Shown: positions 37,507 through 51,436, numbered from the stretch's first letter. The stretch: DNA of 64,000 nucleotides from Octopus bimaculoides (GCF_001194135.2 NC_068984.1:69106284-69170283), one strand, 5' to 3'. Numbers and translations: made by a program. Notes: generated by a model not told the origin, from the letters alone.

Positions 37507-38602
37507 AAGACATGCACCAAGTAAGGTTGGATCAATCTGTGCTTCCAGCCTATGTTTGGTAAGTATCAAATAGGATATTTCGGTTCTGTACACAAAAAAA
37601 ACCATGCCTAAGAGTATTTAGCGCCATGAGGCTGGTCTGAACAACACGTTACGTTGAATAGTACGTTGTTGGTATACTCTAGGGTGTCTGACAAGTCATA
37701 AATCCCCTTGGTGTATTATAATCAGACAATTGTTTTCGTCTTTATCTCCAATGCCTATGTATTGTAAGAAAACTTGATTCAAACTGGCTCGCTCGGATAT
37801 TTTTCTACAGTGACGATGTTTTCGCCCAGCGTTCTGAATTCGCACTTTAAAGTAATTAGCTTTCTCTTAAGAGCCAGGTATGAAGAGTCATTGTAGTATA
37901 TTGTTACTTTTTGCTCAAGAAGTAATTGGTGAGGTTTAAACACATTAATCATGGTGATTGACTAACCTAGATGGCAATACAGGTTGTTGATGCTTTTTCA
38001 AGTTTTATTTTCCATTGGGGTTGCTTCCGTTTAGTAATTTCATTAGCACGTGCAATGTAGGTTTCTCCTAGGTGTTCTTCAAGAGTAAAAGAATAATGAC
38101 TGCTGTGTGTAGGAAAGTATTTATAGTCCCGTAATTAACATCACAATAACCATGAGCTCTGAAGCAAAATAATCGATAACATATAACGTGAAGCAGTTGG
38201 CTATTTCTTAAGAATGGTCTGTCCCTTAACAACAACTTAGAAAAACAGGGAGAAATTTTATGAAGTGAAGTTTTAGATTATTTTAAAATATGTCGAATCA
38301 GTAACATGTGGAGATATACGAAAGTTTAGTGATGGTCACAAACATTTAGTTACATTATTTTCCTTCTCTCTTATGACAGAGTTTTGGCTGGTTCTTAATG
38401 ATTTGACAAAATCGATTACCATAGTGAAACTTGTAACAATATTCATTCATCATCATCATCATCATTATCATCGTCATCGTCATCGTCGTCGTCATCATCA
38501 TCATCATCATCATAATTATTATTATCATTATTATTATTACTATTATTATTATTATTATTATTATCATTATTATTATTATTATTATTATTAATAATAACAT
38601 TC

Positions 38603-38800
38603 GAAGGCAGCGAGCTGGCAGAAACGTTAGCACGCCGGGCGAAATGCTTAGCGGTTTTTCGTCTGCTTTTACGTTTTGAGCTCAAATTCCGCCGAGGACT
38701 TTGCCTTTTATCCTTTCGGGATCGATAAATTAAGTACCAGTTGCGTACTGGAGTCGATCTAATCGACTGGCCCCCTCCACAAAAACGTTGGGCCTTGTGC
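38603..38800 (+). mobile_element. tRNA-derived SINE (family A)
   Basis: GAAGGCAGCGAGCTGGCAGAAACGTTAGC...GAGCTCAAATTCCGCCGAGG... directly after a (CAT)n(TAT)n microsatellite. Confidence 0.9.
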
Positions 38801-39589
38801 CTAGATTTTTAAAAATTATTATTATTCGGTAGTTATGTTTTTATTACTTGCTTCCACTGTACTGCCGAGCGCAGCTCTGTGTTCCTAAGGTGTGTGCTAT
38901 GGTTTGTTTTAATGCTGTATTTTTTACTGTATAAATATATTATTCCTAAGTCCTGATGTTTTGGTATTGTATTTGTCTCTATTCGTTTTTTAACCATGTC
39001 TAATGCACCTATTATTTTAGGGATTATTTCTGTCTTTAAGCCATCTATTTCTAGATCTTTGTATTTCGAGAGTTTCTCCGTTTTATAAAGACAGAAGTTC
39101 ATTACTGAAAATATTTTACTGCAAAATAGTTTAAATTGGACGAATTTCATAACTGTATTATTTTAGCTAATTTTTATAGCTGACAGAAAAATAATCTCGA
39201 AATTTTTCTTAGTATCGAACTAAACCTTGATTTAAATGTAAAAGCTAAATGAAGTGAGAAGAGTATGTTCGTCGTCATAAATATCTTACTGGTGTCGTAG
39301 AACCACTTCTGTTGGTATAGCTGTTTGTATTGTTATCAATATCAACTATTATATTAAAAGCGAAACAGCTCGTGATACAAGACATATTTTGTAATAACGC
39401 CAAGTTGATTAGTAAATGGTGTTTCCGAGAGAAGAAATAAACTAGTTACCGATTTGTGCTGGTTGAGTTGGCACCCATGTTTGATGTATCATGTGTGTGT
39501 GTGTATATATAATTATGCCATCCAGCCCATGGCTGTTTTCACAAGCCTCTCCTCTGGCAGTTTTAGTATGTGTTCGGCCATTCTCATTC

Positions 39590-39760
39590 GTCGTTCGGCG
39601 TAGTACCTTCAAAGAAGACCTACGCAGACTGAACATCACCTGGGAAGAAGCATACCAGTTGGCCTAAGATGGAGATAATTGGCAATTACTGACTGCCCAA
39701 TGTGCGGCTCAAAGATACCAACGGACCTAAGAAGACGAAGAAGAAGAAGAAGAAGAAGAA
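39590..39760 (+). mobile_element. 3' end of an RTE/RTE-X-like LINE
   Basis: RRSTFKEDLRRLNITWEEAYQLA*D...WQLLTAQC....RT*, followed by an (AAG)n tail. Confidence 0.65.
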
Positions 39761-39875
39761 GATATTTATATATAGATATAATTTTTAAAAAACGGGGAAA
39801 ACAAGAAAAAACAACAACGCGAGGATGTGGTACATGGAAAGTATTAGCAGACGCTCAGAGAAGGAAAGAAAAGTA

Positions 39876-39910
39876 GTCTTACGTTTCGAGCAAAGCTCTT
39901 CGTCAGAAAC
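39876..39910 (-). ncRNA. Minimal type I hammerhead ribozyme
   Basis: GTTT-CTGACGA-A-GAGC-ttt-GCTC-GAAAC-GT-A-AGAC; loopless ACGT stem III; GUA site ending at 39880. Confidence 0.75.
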
Positions 39911-39975
39911 AGATGGAGGAAAGTCCAAGAGAAAAGGAAGACGGAGGAAAAAATCGCCAATGATTCATATGTGGT

Positions 39976-40006
<31 letters not shown>

Positions 40007-40537
40007 GTACTATATATATGTATGTATATTTGTGTGTGTGTGCCAGCGCACGCGCGAGTGTGTATGCATATATATACATATATGTATGTATGTATATAAA
40101 GTGCTTTCAATTCCCAGAGCGGGTAGTGTGTTGTGTTTTTGAGCAAAACACTTCATCGCGCGTTGCTCTGTGATCATTTCGGCACCTGATGCGTGTTACA
40201 TCGTGCACTGTTCAGACAACGTTGATTTGATAAAGAGAGTGAGTTAATGTGTGGCACGAACATTTGATCATTATAAATAAATCATTGGTGCCGGTCGTTC
40301 GGTAAAAGCTGAACACTGACACGCCGACTTCGACGGGAGAGTCCATCTGTGAGATAGTTAGGCCAGCATTTGTAGGTGGGTATTTAAAAGTAGGAGAAAG
40401 GAAATAATCTGTACTTACAGCAGATTTCTTTCATTTATTTCAAGCTGACGTTTCCTTTCAATACTACTTTGTGTTTTCTTTATTCTAAAAGTAATCGACT
40501 TAAGAGAGATCTACATGATGCAAAAATACTCTAGAGA

Positions 40538-40600
<63 letters not shown>

Positions 40601-42158
40601 TATACGATGGTAATGATGATGATGATGATTTCTAGTGCTGACATTAGATAATTGTAAAACGGTTCTTTTCATCTCATACCAAATGTCCCCATGGCGAAAA
40701 AATATATTAACTCCCAGCTGGCAGCTGTTTCTACCAACCATATTTTATGAGCAAGCACGAAGCTTAATGGCCAAGGCATTTTAGCTTACGATCATAAATT
40801 CGGTTCCTGGTGGCTCATTGTGTCCTTGAGTAAGGTACTTTATTTCTCGTTGCCCCAGTTCACTCGGCAGGCAAAAACGAGTTATATGCGTAATTGAAAC
40901 AGCCAGCCTTGTAACACTCTGTGTCGTGCTGAATCTCTCTGAAAACTAAATTTAGGACATGCGTCTATATGGAGTGCTCACGTTAACTTCATGAGCAAGC
41001 TGTTTTATTGATCGAGGAAATGGAACCCTCATTGTCATAACCATCTGAGAGCCAGACATTTTATAGCTAATACTGAAAAGAAACTTCTTCAGGAGATATT
41101 TATAAAAGAATGAGAAACAGAATTACTACTGAAATTATAGAAGTCAATCTGTATGAATAAGTATGCTAGAGTGAGCAGTGGGAATTTCTGAATTATGTTT
41201 CTCCTCAGTTAAAGTGCAAATCACCTAACCAGAATATGAAATAACGCATGACATAACTTTGAAATAAATTTTAACTAACTTGCATGATGACTGAACAATG
41301 AAAACTGGAATTCGAATTTTCAAAACATTTGAAAACATATTCTAGAAGTAATTGGCTTAGGATTCATTTTCATAGATCAAAATAAATCCTAAAAATATAT
41401 GCAGTGAAACCCAGCTCTAACATTGCTTAATTGTTCAAATCATCCTCAGTTTATCTTACTGAAACGTCTGCCCATTAATCATTGCACCCATAATTCGTGA
41501 CAGTTATCCTTTTCTTCTTGCTAAGAAATGTTTATGGTTAAAAATGGAATGATGCTTCTTCATAAAATAGTGGAGAAAGTGCTAGAGGCAAATTACTAGT
41601 GTCTTTGTTCACTTCTCTTTACAGTTTATGAGTAATTACATTACAGTTTTAATTTGATATTTCCATACTTCCAGATATTCTTAACTGAATCAAATATAGT
41701 GTTGTATGCTGGTTAGGTTCTTTAATTTAGAAGCTAACAACTCAACTGTGAAGTAACTATTGAACTAGTTTTGTCAGTCAGGCAAACAGATTTATATCCT
41801 TTGCACATGACGCAATTGTGGCAGATTGAAGTTAGATTTGAACCTAATGCCATATGGCCAGTAGTCCTGCATTATAACCACAATACCGTTATTGTCTTTA
41901 GCTTGTCTGTTGTTTAGCTTGTCTGAGCTGATGGAAATGACTTATGGTCAAATGTGCCCTACTGCCTTGAAAAAGGAAGGACAATATGTAATGCAATCGC
42001 TGATAATTACCAGGAGACAGTCATGGCTGGAATGCTTTACATCTCAGCCCTGTTCTGATTAGGCTGTTCTGAGGATAAACAACAACAACAACAATATCAA
42101 CAATGTTTACATTTAATGAAATACTTATCCATAATTACCGTTTTCCTTTCCTTTTCAG

Positions 42159-42187
42159 AAACTAATCATGGTCTTGTATGTATCCAA
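42159..42187 (+). other. Candidate 29-nt exon of an unidentified transcript
   Basis: Polypyrimidine tract and AG (ttttcctttccttttcag) before it; AA|GTAAGT donor after it. Product not recognisable. Confidence 0.4.
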
Positions 42188-43747
42188 GTAAGTTTACAAT
42201 CCCAATGTTCTTATCAATGTGGAAATGTTTGGGATTTGGAAAGATAAATTGGGACATAGTTACTATGATGGAAATTATTACCAAAATGAGTATATGAAAG
42301 AGTGACACTAGTACCACAAATTGATGAAATAGAAATATTCTTGTGGTCTATTTACAGTAAGGTAGACCATGCAGGTAAGAGTTAAGTGTATAATTAGTGA
42401 TGGATAAACACAGCACCAGTAAATTGTCATCCTTCAATTGGTTACTTTGCAATCAGTTGTCTCTTGGCTAATTACAACTCTTTCATACGTCTTGCTTTAA
42501 CAAAAACCTAAAACAGAATATTATAAACGTGATTATCGCTGGCAAAGATTTATAAAGACTTTAAAGACTAAATTCACTCAACACAAATATTTGAATCACT
42601 TGTATCACTATCAGAAAACTTTATTCAGTTTTATTTTATTTCTACTAAAATGTGTATGCAACAATTCTACTCAGAAAGATAAGGCATACACAACGATATC
42701 TCAGAGGAAAACATAGAAAAACATGATATCCAGTGGATTAAAAAATCATACAAATGTTATTATAAAAGAGATAAAATAAAAGTACACTTCATGGTTAAAT
42801 GCAACAGTTTATTGCATTCATTATTATAACTGTTGTTGTTGTTAATGTTATTGTAGTGGTTGTTGCCAATGCTATTGTTATTTTTATTATTGTTGTTGTT
42901 GGNNNNNNNNNNNNNNNNNNNNNNNNNNNNNNNNNNNNNNNNNNNNNNNNNNNNNNNNNNNNNNNNNNNNNNNNNNNNNNNNNNNNNNNNNNNNNNNNNN
43001 NNNNNNNNNNNNNNNNNNNNNNNNNNNNNNNNNNNNNNNNNNNNNNNNNNNNNNNNNNNNNNNNNNNNNNNNNNNNNNNNNNNNNNNNNNNNNNNNNNNG
43101 CGGCGGTGGTGGTGGTGGTGGTGGTGGTGGTGGAGGTAGTAGTAGTGGTTGGCTAAATTTGTTTTCTTGTTATTGACCTTGTATATGTATATGTATAATG
43201 GTTAATAAGAAAGGAATTGCGCGGTCATGAGTGGGACGATTTGGCTCTTGATCAAAACAGTTTGGGGCAAAGAGCCATTAAGTGACTTAAAACTATATTT
43301 ATAGCTGTGCACATAAAAACACCAGAAGCACTATTAGGCAGTGTTTGTAGGTTTTTACAACTATTATTTAAAGTAAATATATATTAATATAATTGGAACA
43401 AACAGAATATAATTTGATGAAAACTTCCCTAGAATCTAAAGAGGAAATAGAGGATGAAAACGATGATGAAGATGTTGATGATGATCATCATTATCACCAT
43501 CATCATCATGTTTGGCACCGTGAAAGAGATATATAACTCACCCTGTGACTAATGGGAAGACCTATAAAATAAAATTAGTTATTAAAAGTAAATATTTAAA
43601 CTTAAGCTCTCTCATTATGAAAAGAAAGAAAGGATACTTTATCATATATATATATATAAATATTATACAAATATATGTATGAATATAATCTATATATGTC
43701 TTTCTCTCTCTTTTTCCCTCTCTCTATACATATATGTATGTGTGAGC

Positions 43748-43801
<54 letters not shown>

Positions 43802-44897
43802 GTGTGTGTGTATCATGTAATTGAGGACATACAGTAAAAGGTTTTCATTATAGTACTCGGAGTTTTAAATGTTGGAGCAAAGAGCTAAGTTACATTCTTG
43901 CCAGCTATTAATGGTAACAGATGGTATGTAAAAGCCGTTGAATAAAAAGGAAGTTACTCTAACAGGAAGAAAAAGAAAAAAGAAAACTGATAAAAAATAC
44001 ATGCAACCATATTCTTACAATACATAGACATAAACCTTCTGTGTTCACAACGTCTACATATATACATATATACATATATATATTTATATATAAATATGCC
44101 TCTGTGTCTATGTATTTGACTGCATAATTATACATCTAAACTGCTCTCATAGGATAGATTGTTGCTGCACTCTTAAATAGATCAGAGGACAAAATCTCAT
44201 CTATAAGCTTCGCTTTTAGCTTGGTTTCTAGGTCTGTATGCTGTTCTTAACACCGAAGTTTACTGAGTGCCTTTTTTCATGCCACTAAACTTCGAAGGTT
44301 GTTATGTCTTTGATTAGACATAAAACTTAACAAAATGAGCTGGGTCCAGTTTATCATGGCACCAGCCCCAGAGAATATAGAGGTAAGAATATGAGGTATA
44401 ACAAGAGATGCATAAATGGCAATGGTGAATGATGCACGTCAGAATTAAACTGTTAGTGGGAACTATAGATAGAGAGTGTGGAACATCAGCATGCCTGATG
44501 TGACTTTATAAACATACACATCAAGATAGGTGTTAAAGTTAGTGTGAAAAGGTAGAGAGAGGGGTAGAGTACCACATGTCAGAGAGGTTGGTAAGAAAGT
44601 CAGATGTCAGTAGTGGCATACCTATGGGCATAGAAATACAATCAGATTGAAAAGAATAGAGAGTGGTATAGAAATGTGAAACAAGGACTTCAGTGTCGGA
44701 GACATGAGAGACAAAGACGAGGGTGAGAATTTGTTGGTATGATAGAAAAGTGATGAAAGAATATGAGAGAATGGGAACATATAATATAGAGGAGAGTGAT
44801 GAGGGACAAATTTGTAGGAGAGTTAGAGAAAGATGAGATGCTACCCCCAAAACAAGTGATGTAGAAATATCAAATATGTTTGCCAAGGGAGTTATCC

Positions 44898-44986
44898 CTC
44901 TCACCACGGCCAGCAGCACGAACGTATCCGGATTTCAGGGTTATTTCCCTTCGTCGGCGTTCGACAGCCGATGACCTTGGTGAGAG
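44898..44986 (-). ncRNA. Type I hammerhead ribozyme with U4C core inside an extended stem I
   Basis: CGAACG-CCGACGA-AGGG-aaataa-CCCT-GAA-ATCCGGAT-A-CGTTCG (44963->44919). Outer helices CGGC/GCCG and CTCTCACCA/TGGTGAGAG. Confidence 0.85.
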
Positions 44987-46016
44987 AGAAAAACCTGGCA
45001 AATCTTATATCTTCTTTTCCAGTGGCATTCTTCACTGATATTGAAAAGGTGAAAACAAGCAATGTTAATTCTCTAAATGAAGTATTAACAGTAACTGCAC
45101 NNNNNNNNNNNNNNNNNNNNNNNNNNNNNNNNNNNNNNNNNNNNNNNNNNNNNNNNNNNNNNNNNNNNNNNNNNNNNNNNNNNNNNNNNNNNNNNNNNNN
45201 NNNNNNNNNNNNNNNNNNNNNNNNNNNNNNNNNNNNNNNNNNNNNNNNNNNNNNNNNNNNNNNNNNNNNNNNNNNNNNNNNNNNNNNNNNNNNNNNNNNN
45301 NNNNNNNNNNNNNNNNNNNNNNNNNNNNNNNNNNNNNNNNNNNNNNNNNNNNNNNNNNNNNNNNNNNNNNNNNNNNNNNNNNNNNNNNNNNNNNNNNNNN
45401 NNNNNNNNNNNNNNNNNNNNNNNNNNNNNNNNNNNNNNNNNNNNNNNNNNNNNNNNNNNNNNNNNNNNNNNNNNNNNNNNNNNNNNNNNNNNNNNNNNNN
45501 NNNNNNNNNNNNNNNNNNNNNNNNNNNNNNNNNNNNNNNNNNNNNNNNNNNNNNNNNNNNNNNNNNNNNNNNNNNNNNNNNNNNNNNNNNNNNNNNNNNN
45601 NNNNNNNNNNNNNNNNNNNNNNNNNNNNNNNNNNNNNNNNNNNNNNNNNNNNNNNNNNNNNNNNNNNNNNNNNNNNNNNNNNNNNNNNNNNNNNNNNNNN
45701 NNNNNNNNNNNNNNNNNNNNNNNNNNNNNNNNNNNNNNNNNNNNNNNNNNNNNNNNNNNNNNNNNNNNNNNNNNNNNNNNNNNNNNNNNNNNNNNNNNNN
45801 NNNNNNNNNNNNNNNNNNNNNNNNNNNNNNNNNNNNNNNNNNNNNNNNNNNNNNNNNNNNNNNNNNNNNNNNNNNNNNNNNNNNNNNNNNNNNNNNNNNN
45901 NNNNNNNNNNNNNNNNNNNNNNNNNNNNNNNNNNNNNNNNNNNNNNNNNNNNNNNNNNNNNNNNNNNNNNNNNNNNNNNNNNNNNNNNNNNNNNNNNNNN
46001 NNNNNNNNNNNNNNNN

Positions 46017-46063
<47 letters not shown>

Positions 46064-46090
46064 AATTAAAAGATAAATAGTTTCGACAAT

Positions 46091-46122
<32 letters not shown>

Positions 46123-46819
46123 AACTGAGATACGTATATCTGTAAGCTTGTGTTGGTATGCTGGCGTATGTGTGTTTCATTAATATATAGAATAATATAT
46201 CTGCTATGATATTCTGTTCTGTGGTAATAAACCGTGTACCATTTTAATCCAACTATAAAGTCCATATATGATATCTGTGGATGTAAATGTCATTAAATTC
46301 CAATGAAATATTTCAAAAGATTGATATCATTTAATTAGTGTTTTCAGAAAAAAATTAATATATCAATCTACTAGCTATTTTGAAACAAGCAATTGATATT
46401 GTTGATATGATGCATATACACATAGACACACACATAGACACATGCACACATATTCACACACACAAACACACACACAAGCACACTCACACACATACAGGCA
46501 CACAGACATTCATTTAAATATATTCATAGATAGGTAGGTAGATAGATAGATAGATAGATAGATAAATAGCTAGACAGATAGATAAACAGATAGAAAGATA
46601 CATAGATAGATAGATAGTTAGATAGATAGATAGATATACTTACATATAGATATTTGTTTTTTATGATTAAAAGAGAGTCTATATCTACATGGGTGTTTAT
46701 ATATGTATATACATACAAATATATCATATGTACTAAGATATATATATGTGTTTTTGTGTGTGTATGTATAAGTTAGTATATCTATATATAAACCTATATA
46801 TATGCATATACATATATAT

Positions 46820-46995
46820 CATCATCATTTAACGTCCGCCTTCCATGCTTGCATGGGTTGGACAATTTGACTGAGGACTGGTGAACCAGAAGGCTGCACC
46901 AGGCTCCCATCTGATCTGGCAGAGTTTCTACAGCTGGATGCCCTTCCTAACGCCAACCACTCCAAGAGTGTAGTGGGTGATTTTACATGCCACCA
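46820..46995 (-). mobile_element. Short element sharing the RTE 3' tail (SINE or truncated LINE end)
   Basis: Homologous to 47041-47230 (GAGTGGTTGGCGTTAGGAAGGGCATCCAG...); ends in (ATG)n. Confidence 0.75.
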
Positions 46996-47040
46996 GCACA
47001 TGTTTATACATATACACATATATATTATATATATACACAT

Positions 47041-49260
47041 CATTCATCATCACAATCATCGTTTAACATCCGTTTTCCACACTGGCCTGGGTTGGACGGT
47101 TTTATTGTTGTCTGGAAAGCCAGCAGCTGCACCAGGCTTCAAACTGATCTGGCAATGCTTCTACAACTGGATACCCTTCCTAATGCCAACCACTCCGAGA
47201 GTGTAGTGGGTGCTTTTTTACATGCCACCAGCATGGGAGCCAGTCAGAGGGCAGTGGCATCGACCATGTTCAGATGATGCATTTTACGTGCCACTGGAAT
47301 GGGAACCAGTCAGGGGACACTGGCCACAGCTAAGATTTTGGTTTTACTTGACTCAACAGGTCTTCTCAAACATATCATATTGCCTGACGCATCAAGTGTA
47401 CTTTTAAATGGGCCAGACATACAACACTGGCATCGGCCATGGCTGACATATCACTTTAGTTGTCGGGTCTTCTCAATCACAGCATATCTTCAAAGGTCTC
47501 AGTCTCCTGTCATTGCCTCGGTGAGGCCCAACATATGAAGGTCATGCTTCACAACATTGTTTTATGCCTTCCTGACCTACTTCTTCCACAGGTTCCTTCC
47601 ACACTTAAGGTATGACACTTTCTCAGACAGCTGTCTTTATCCATACATAACACATGACCATACCAGCACAATCGTCTCTCTTGCATGCCACATTTGATGC
47701 TTCTTATGTGCAACTTTTCTCTCAGGGCACTCACACTTTGTCATGTATGCACACTGACATTACACATCCAGTGGGGCATACTGGCTTCATTTCTTTCAAG
47801 CCTACGCATGTCCTCTGCAGTCATGGCCCATGTTTCACTGCCATGTAGCTTGGCAGTTCACACACACGCATCATACTTTTGTTACAAGCAGAGGTAGGAG
47901 CTCCATGAACTTTGCCCAGGCTATTCTTATACTTGCTGCTACACTCTCAGAACAGCCATCCTCTCTAAAGACTTGGTCGCCTCAGTAGTGGAAGCTATCA
48001 ACTACTTCTAGTTTTTCCCCTTGGCATGTGATGGAATCTGTTTTCTGTACAACTTCAGTGTTTATTGCCCCTGTGCATCTGCCACACACAAAAACTATCT
48101 TCCTGGTTAACTGATATTGCTGAACCGTTTAGGTGTCCATAGCTTACACTGGGTACATCATATGGAGTTTCTACTCATAATGTTTCTACAGATTGAGCAG
48201 GGCCATCTACCTGAAGGGATTTGTGATTTGTCAGCCTTTCTACTTACTAAGACTTTGGTTTTTGCTAGGTTAACCCTAAGGCCCTTTGATTCTAGACCTT
48301 GCTTTTATACCCTAAACCTTGTCTCTAGTTCTGGCAGTGACTTAGCTATTAGAGCAAGATCATCAGTATAGAGAGGCTCCCAGTGGCAGCATGTCTTGAA
48401 TTCCTCTGTTATTGCATGGTGGAATATGATGAATAAGAGGGGGCTGAGGACTGATCCTTGGTAAACCCCTATTTCTACCCAGAAATACTTGTTGCCAACC
48501 CTCACCTTACTAACAGCATCCCTGTACAGGGCTTGTACAACTCTTACCAACCACTCTCCTATCCTATCCCCAGTTTCTGCATTGACCACCACATAAGGGA
48601 TTGGGGGACCCTGTCAAAAGGCTTTCTCCAAGTCAACAAAAGCCAAGTACAGAGGTTTATTTTTGGCTAGATATTTCTCCCACAGTTGCCTTACCAGAAA
48701 TATAGCATCAGTGGTGCTTCTGCCTGGCACAAAACCAAACTGCATTTCATCTAGACTAACTTTCTCGCTAATTAGTTGGGCTATGACCCTCTCAGTAACT
48801 TTCATTACCTGATCCAATAATTTGATACCCCTGTAGTTATTTCTATCTAAAGCATCACCTTTACCTTTGTAGCAGTTGACTATGGTGCTGCTACACCAGT
48901 CATTGGATATAACTCCTTCATGAACTACCTGATTTATGATGCAGGTGACAAGACCATAACCCACACCACCCAATATTTTAAGCATCTCAGCAGTGATTGC
49001 TGATGGGTCAGGTGCTTTCCCTGTCTTCATATCCTTAATTGCTTTATCTACCAGGGTACTGTCAATTCAGATAGCTGGTCCTTCAATTGGGTCAACCTTT
49101 GGCACACTCTTCTCCTATTCATTCTCCACATTCAGCAGTCTTTTTAATAATGGCTTCTCCAAGCCTCTTTCTTTGCAGAATAATGAAATGCTAGGGCACT
49201 ATCATTCATGTGGACACATTTCTCTCCTATGACATCATGGTTTTCTCTCACACACTGTCT
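47041..49260 (-). mobile_element. 5'-truncated RTE-clade LINE (RT, C-terminus, 3' tail)
   Basis: MKTGKAP...NYRGIKLL...QFGFVPGRSTTDAIF...AFVDLEKAF; GVYQGSVLSPLLFII...LYTDDL; RRLCWYGHVL. Frameshifted. Confidence 0.9.
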
Positions 49261-49365
49261 TGCAATCCAAATACTTCAGTTCTTTCGTCCTGATGTTGCT
49301 GAACACTGGTAAACTTCTTCTTTTGTTCTTGAGTTTTTTAAACTAAAAAATGTTTCTTTTATGCA

Positions 49366-49665
49366 ATGTTTTGACTGTTATTTCTAGCAGCTCTGTTGGT
49401 TTGCTCATAGCTTTTAAATATTTAATTTGCTCACAAATGTTTCTCACTGTTTTCACTATTTACTTTGCTCATGTATATTTTAATGTCTTGACTGTTATTT
49501 CTAGCAACTCTTGTTGGTTTGTTTGAAGCTTTTAAATAATCAATTTGCTTGCGAATGTTTTAATGTTAACTTTGCTCTTGTATATTTTAATGTTTTGACT
49601 GTTATTTCTAGCAATTCCTGAAGGTTTGTTCGTAGCTTTTAAATATTTAATTTGCTCAGGAATTT
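49366..49665. repeat. Three diverged ~110-120-bp tandem units
   Basis: ATGTTTTGACTGTTATTTCTAGCA...GGTTTG...AGCTTTTAAATA...AATTTGCT recurs at about 49366, 49482 and 49591. Confidence 0.85.
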
Positions 49666-51382
49666 TTTCACGCTTTTCGGTTTACTGTAGCTAGTTAATG
49701 TTCTGATATACCAGTGTCCCCACTCCCACCCCACCCCTGATGATCGAAGGGACAGCGAATGTGCTGTTTTCTGATTGGCTGAAAACTCTGAAAATTATCA
49801 TACTTTGAATACCTGTAACATTTTTGCAAAACTTTTCTGGAATAAATTAATAACAAATTCAGATTCAGCATCAAAAATACATCTGTATGATACATTAAAA
49901 AATGTTTCTTAAAGATAATTGTAAACAGTGACAAAAACTACAAAGATCCTTCGGTCAGTACTTGTCAGATAGATGGAAACTTCTGAGAAGATTTTCGAGC
50001 ATTTTGTACCACCTGCTCCTATGTGTTAGCTTCACAGAGTCCTACAATTCATCTAAAAAGTGGTTCCCATACCTCATATGTAGTTGAGCTTAGGATGTCC
50101 CTGGGAAAGCTTCAACACATTTGAAGAAATTGGGCTGTCTTGTCAGGCATAGAAAGCCACAAGTTTGAAGACACTACATTTGCAATCATTTACAATCAGG
50201 ATCAATGCACTAGATGGTCTAGGAAGATAGCTTGTAATTTGATATCTAAGTATCACCAGAATAACCCTACTATCCCACTGCTAGATCTCAATAGACCACA
50301 GGTTGAGAATATCTTATAATTGTTGAAAATAGTGGCAAATGATTGCACTTCAGAAATCTTGGTGTCCTAGTGATGGCTACTGCATCTATGTCTTGTGCCC
50401 TGAGGTCATTAAGCAAGTGATCTGGCATCTAAGCTCACCCTAATTCTTAAAATCCTTCAGAAATTAAATTTTTGTAGCATTTTTATACATAATAATCTTG
50501 TAGCCATCTACCACCAATCCTCCTCCCCTCCCCTCCTCTTCCTCATCATCATCATTGCCTTCAGCATTCCTATTCAAACCAGCTTCATCATTATTACCAC
50601 TTCCTTATTCACTTATTCAACAACATTAGCATAGCCATCCTCACTATCCCCATCATCAAACACACCAATAGCACTACCAATGTGATCGTTATTTCAATAA
50701 TATTTTTTTTCATATTTTATTTTATGCACATTCCCTTGTAATCTATCCTAATGTTGATATGCCCTCAGAAATAGCTTATTTTGAACTTCTTAATTTAAAA
50801 AACAGAAAAGAATAAAATAAAACAATTTAATTTTTCCAATTTTGAAAAATTATTTTTAACTTTTTTTCCCTTTCTTAATCTATTAACTTTTTTCACTGAT
50901 TTATTTTGCTTAATTTATCATCGAAACTCTACAAAATTAATAAAATGAACTCCAAAACTACACAGAACAACAACAAAAAAGAAAAGGTTAAAATATAACG
51001 GTCTTTATTTACAAAGGTCTTGCAAAATAATTAATTTGGTTTCTAGGTCTTGAAATAAATAGATTCTACATAAAACCTCATGCTGACAAACTATTTTCAG
51101 ACTGGACAAAATTTTAACAAAAAAATCTCATCCAATTACTATTATCAACTACATGGAGGAAAAAAAAATTGCATAAAATGAAACTGGAAAAATTGCAGAA
51201 AAAGAAACTGAATAAAAAAAACGCATAAACAATATAATAGTCAGTATATTATTTCCATTTATATCAATTCATATGTACATGGTTTTAATATATATTTTTT
51301 GAATATTTAAATGAAAAATTAGTATTTACAAAATGAATACATATATGCATACAGATACTTAGCATATACAAAATTGCTACTC

Positions 51383-51436
<54 letters not shown>

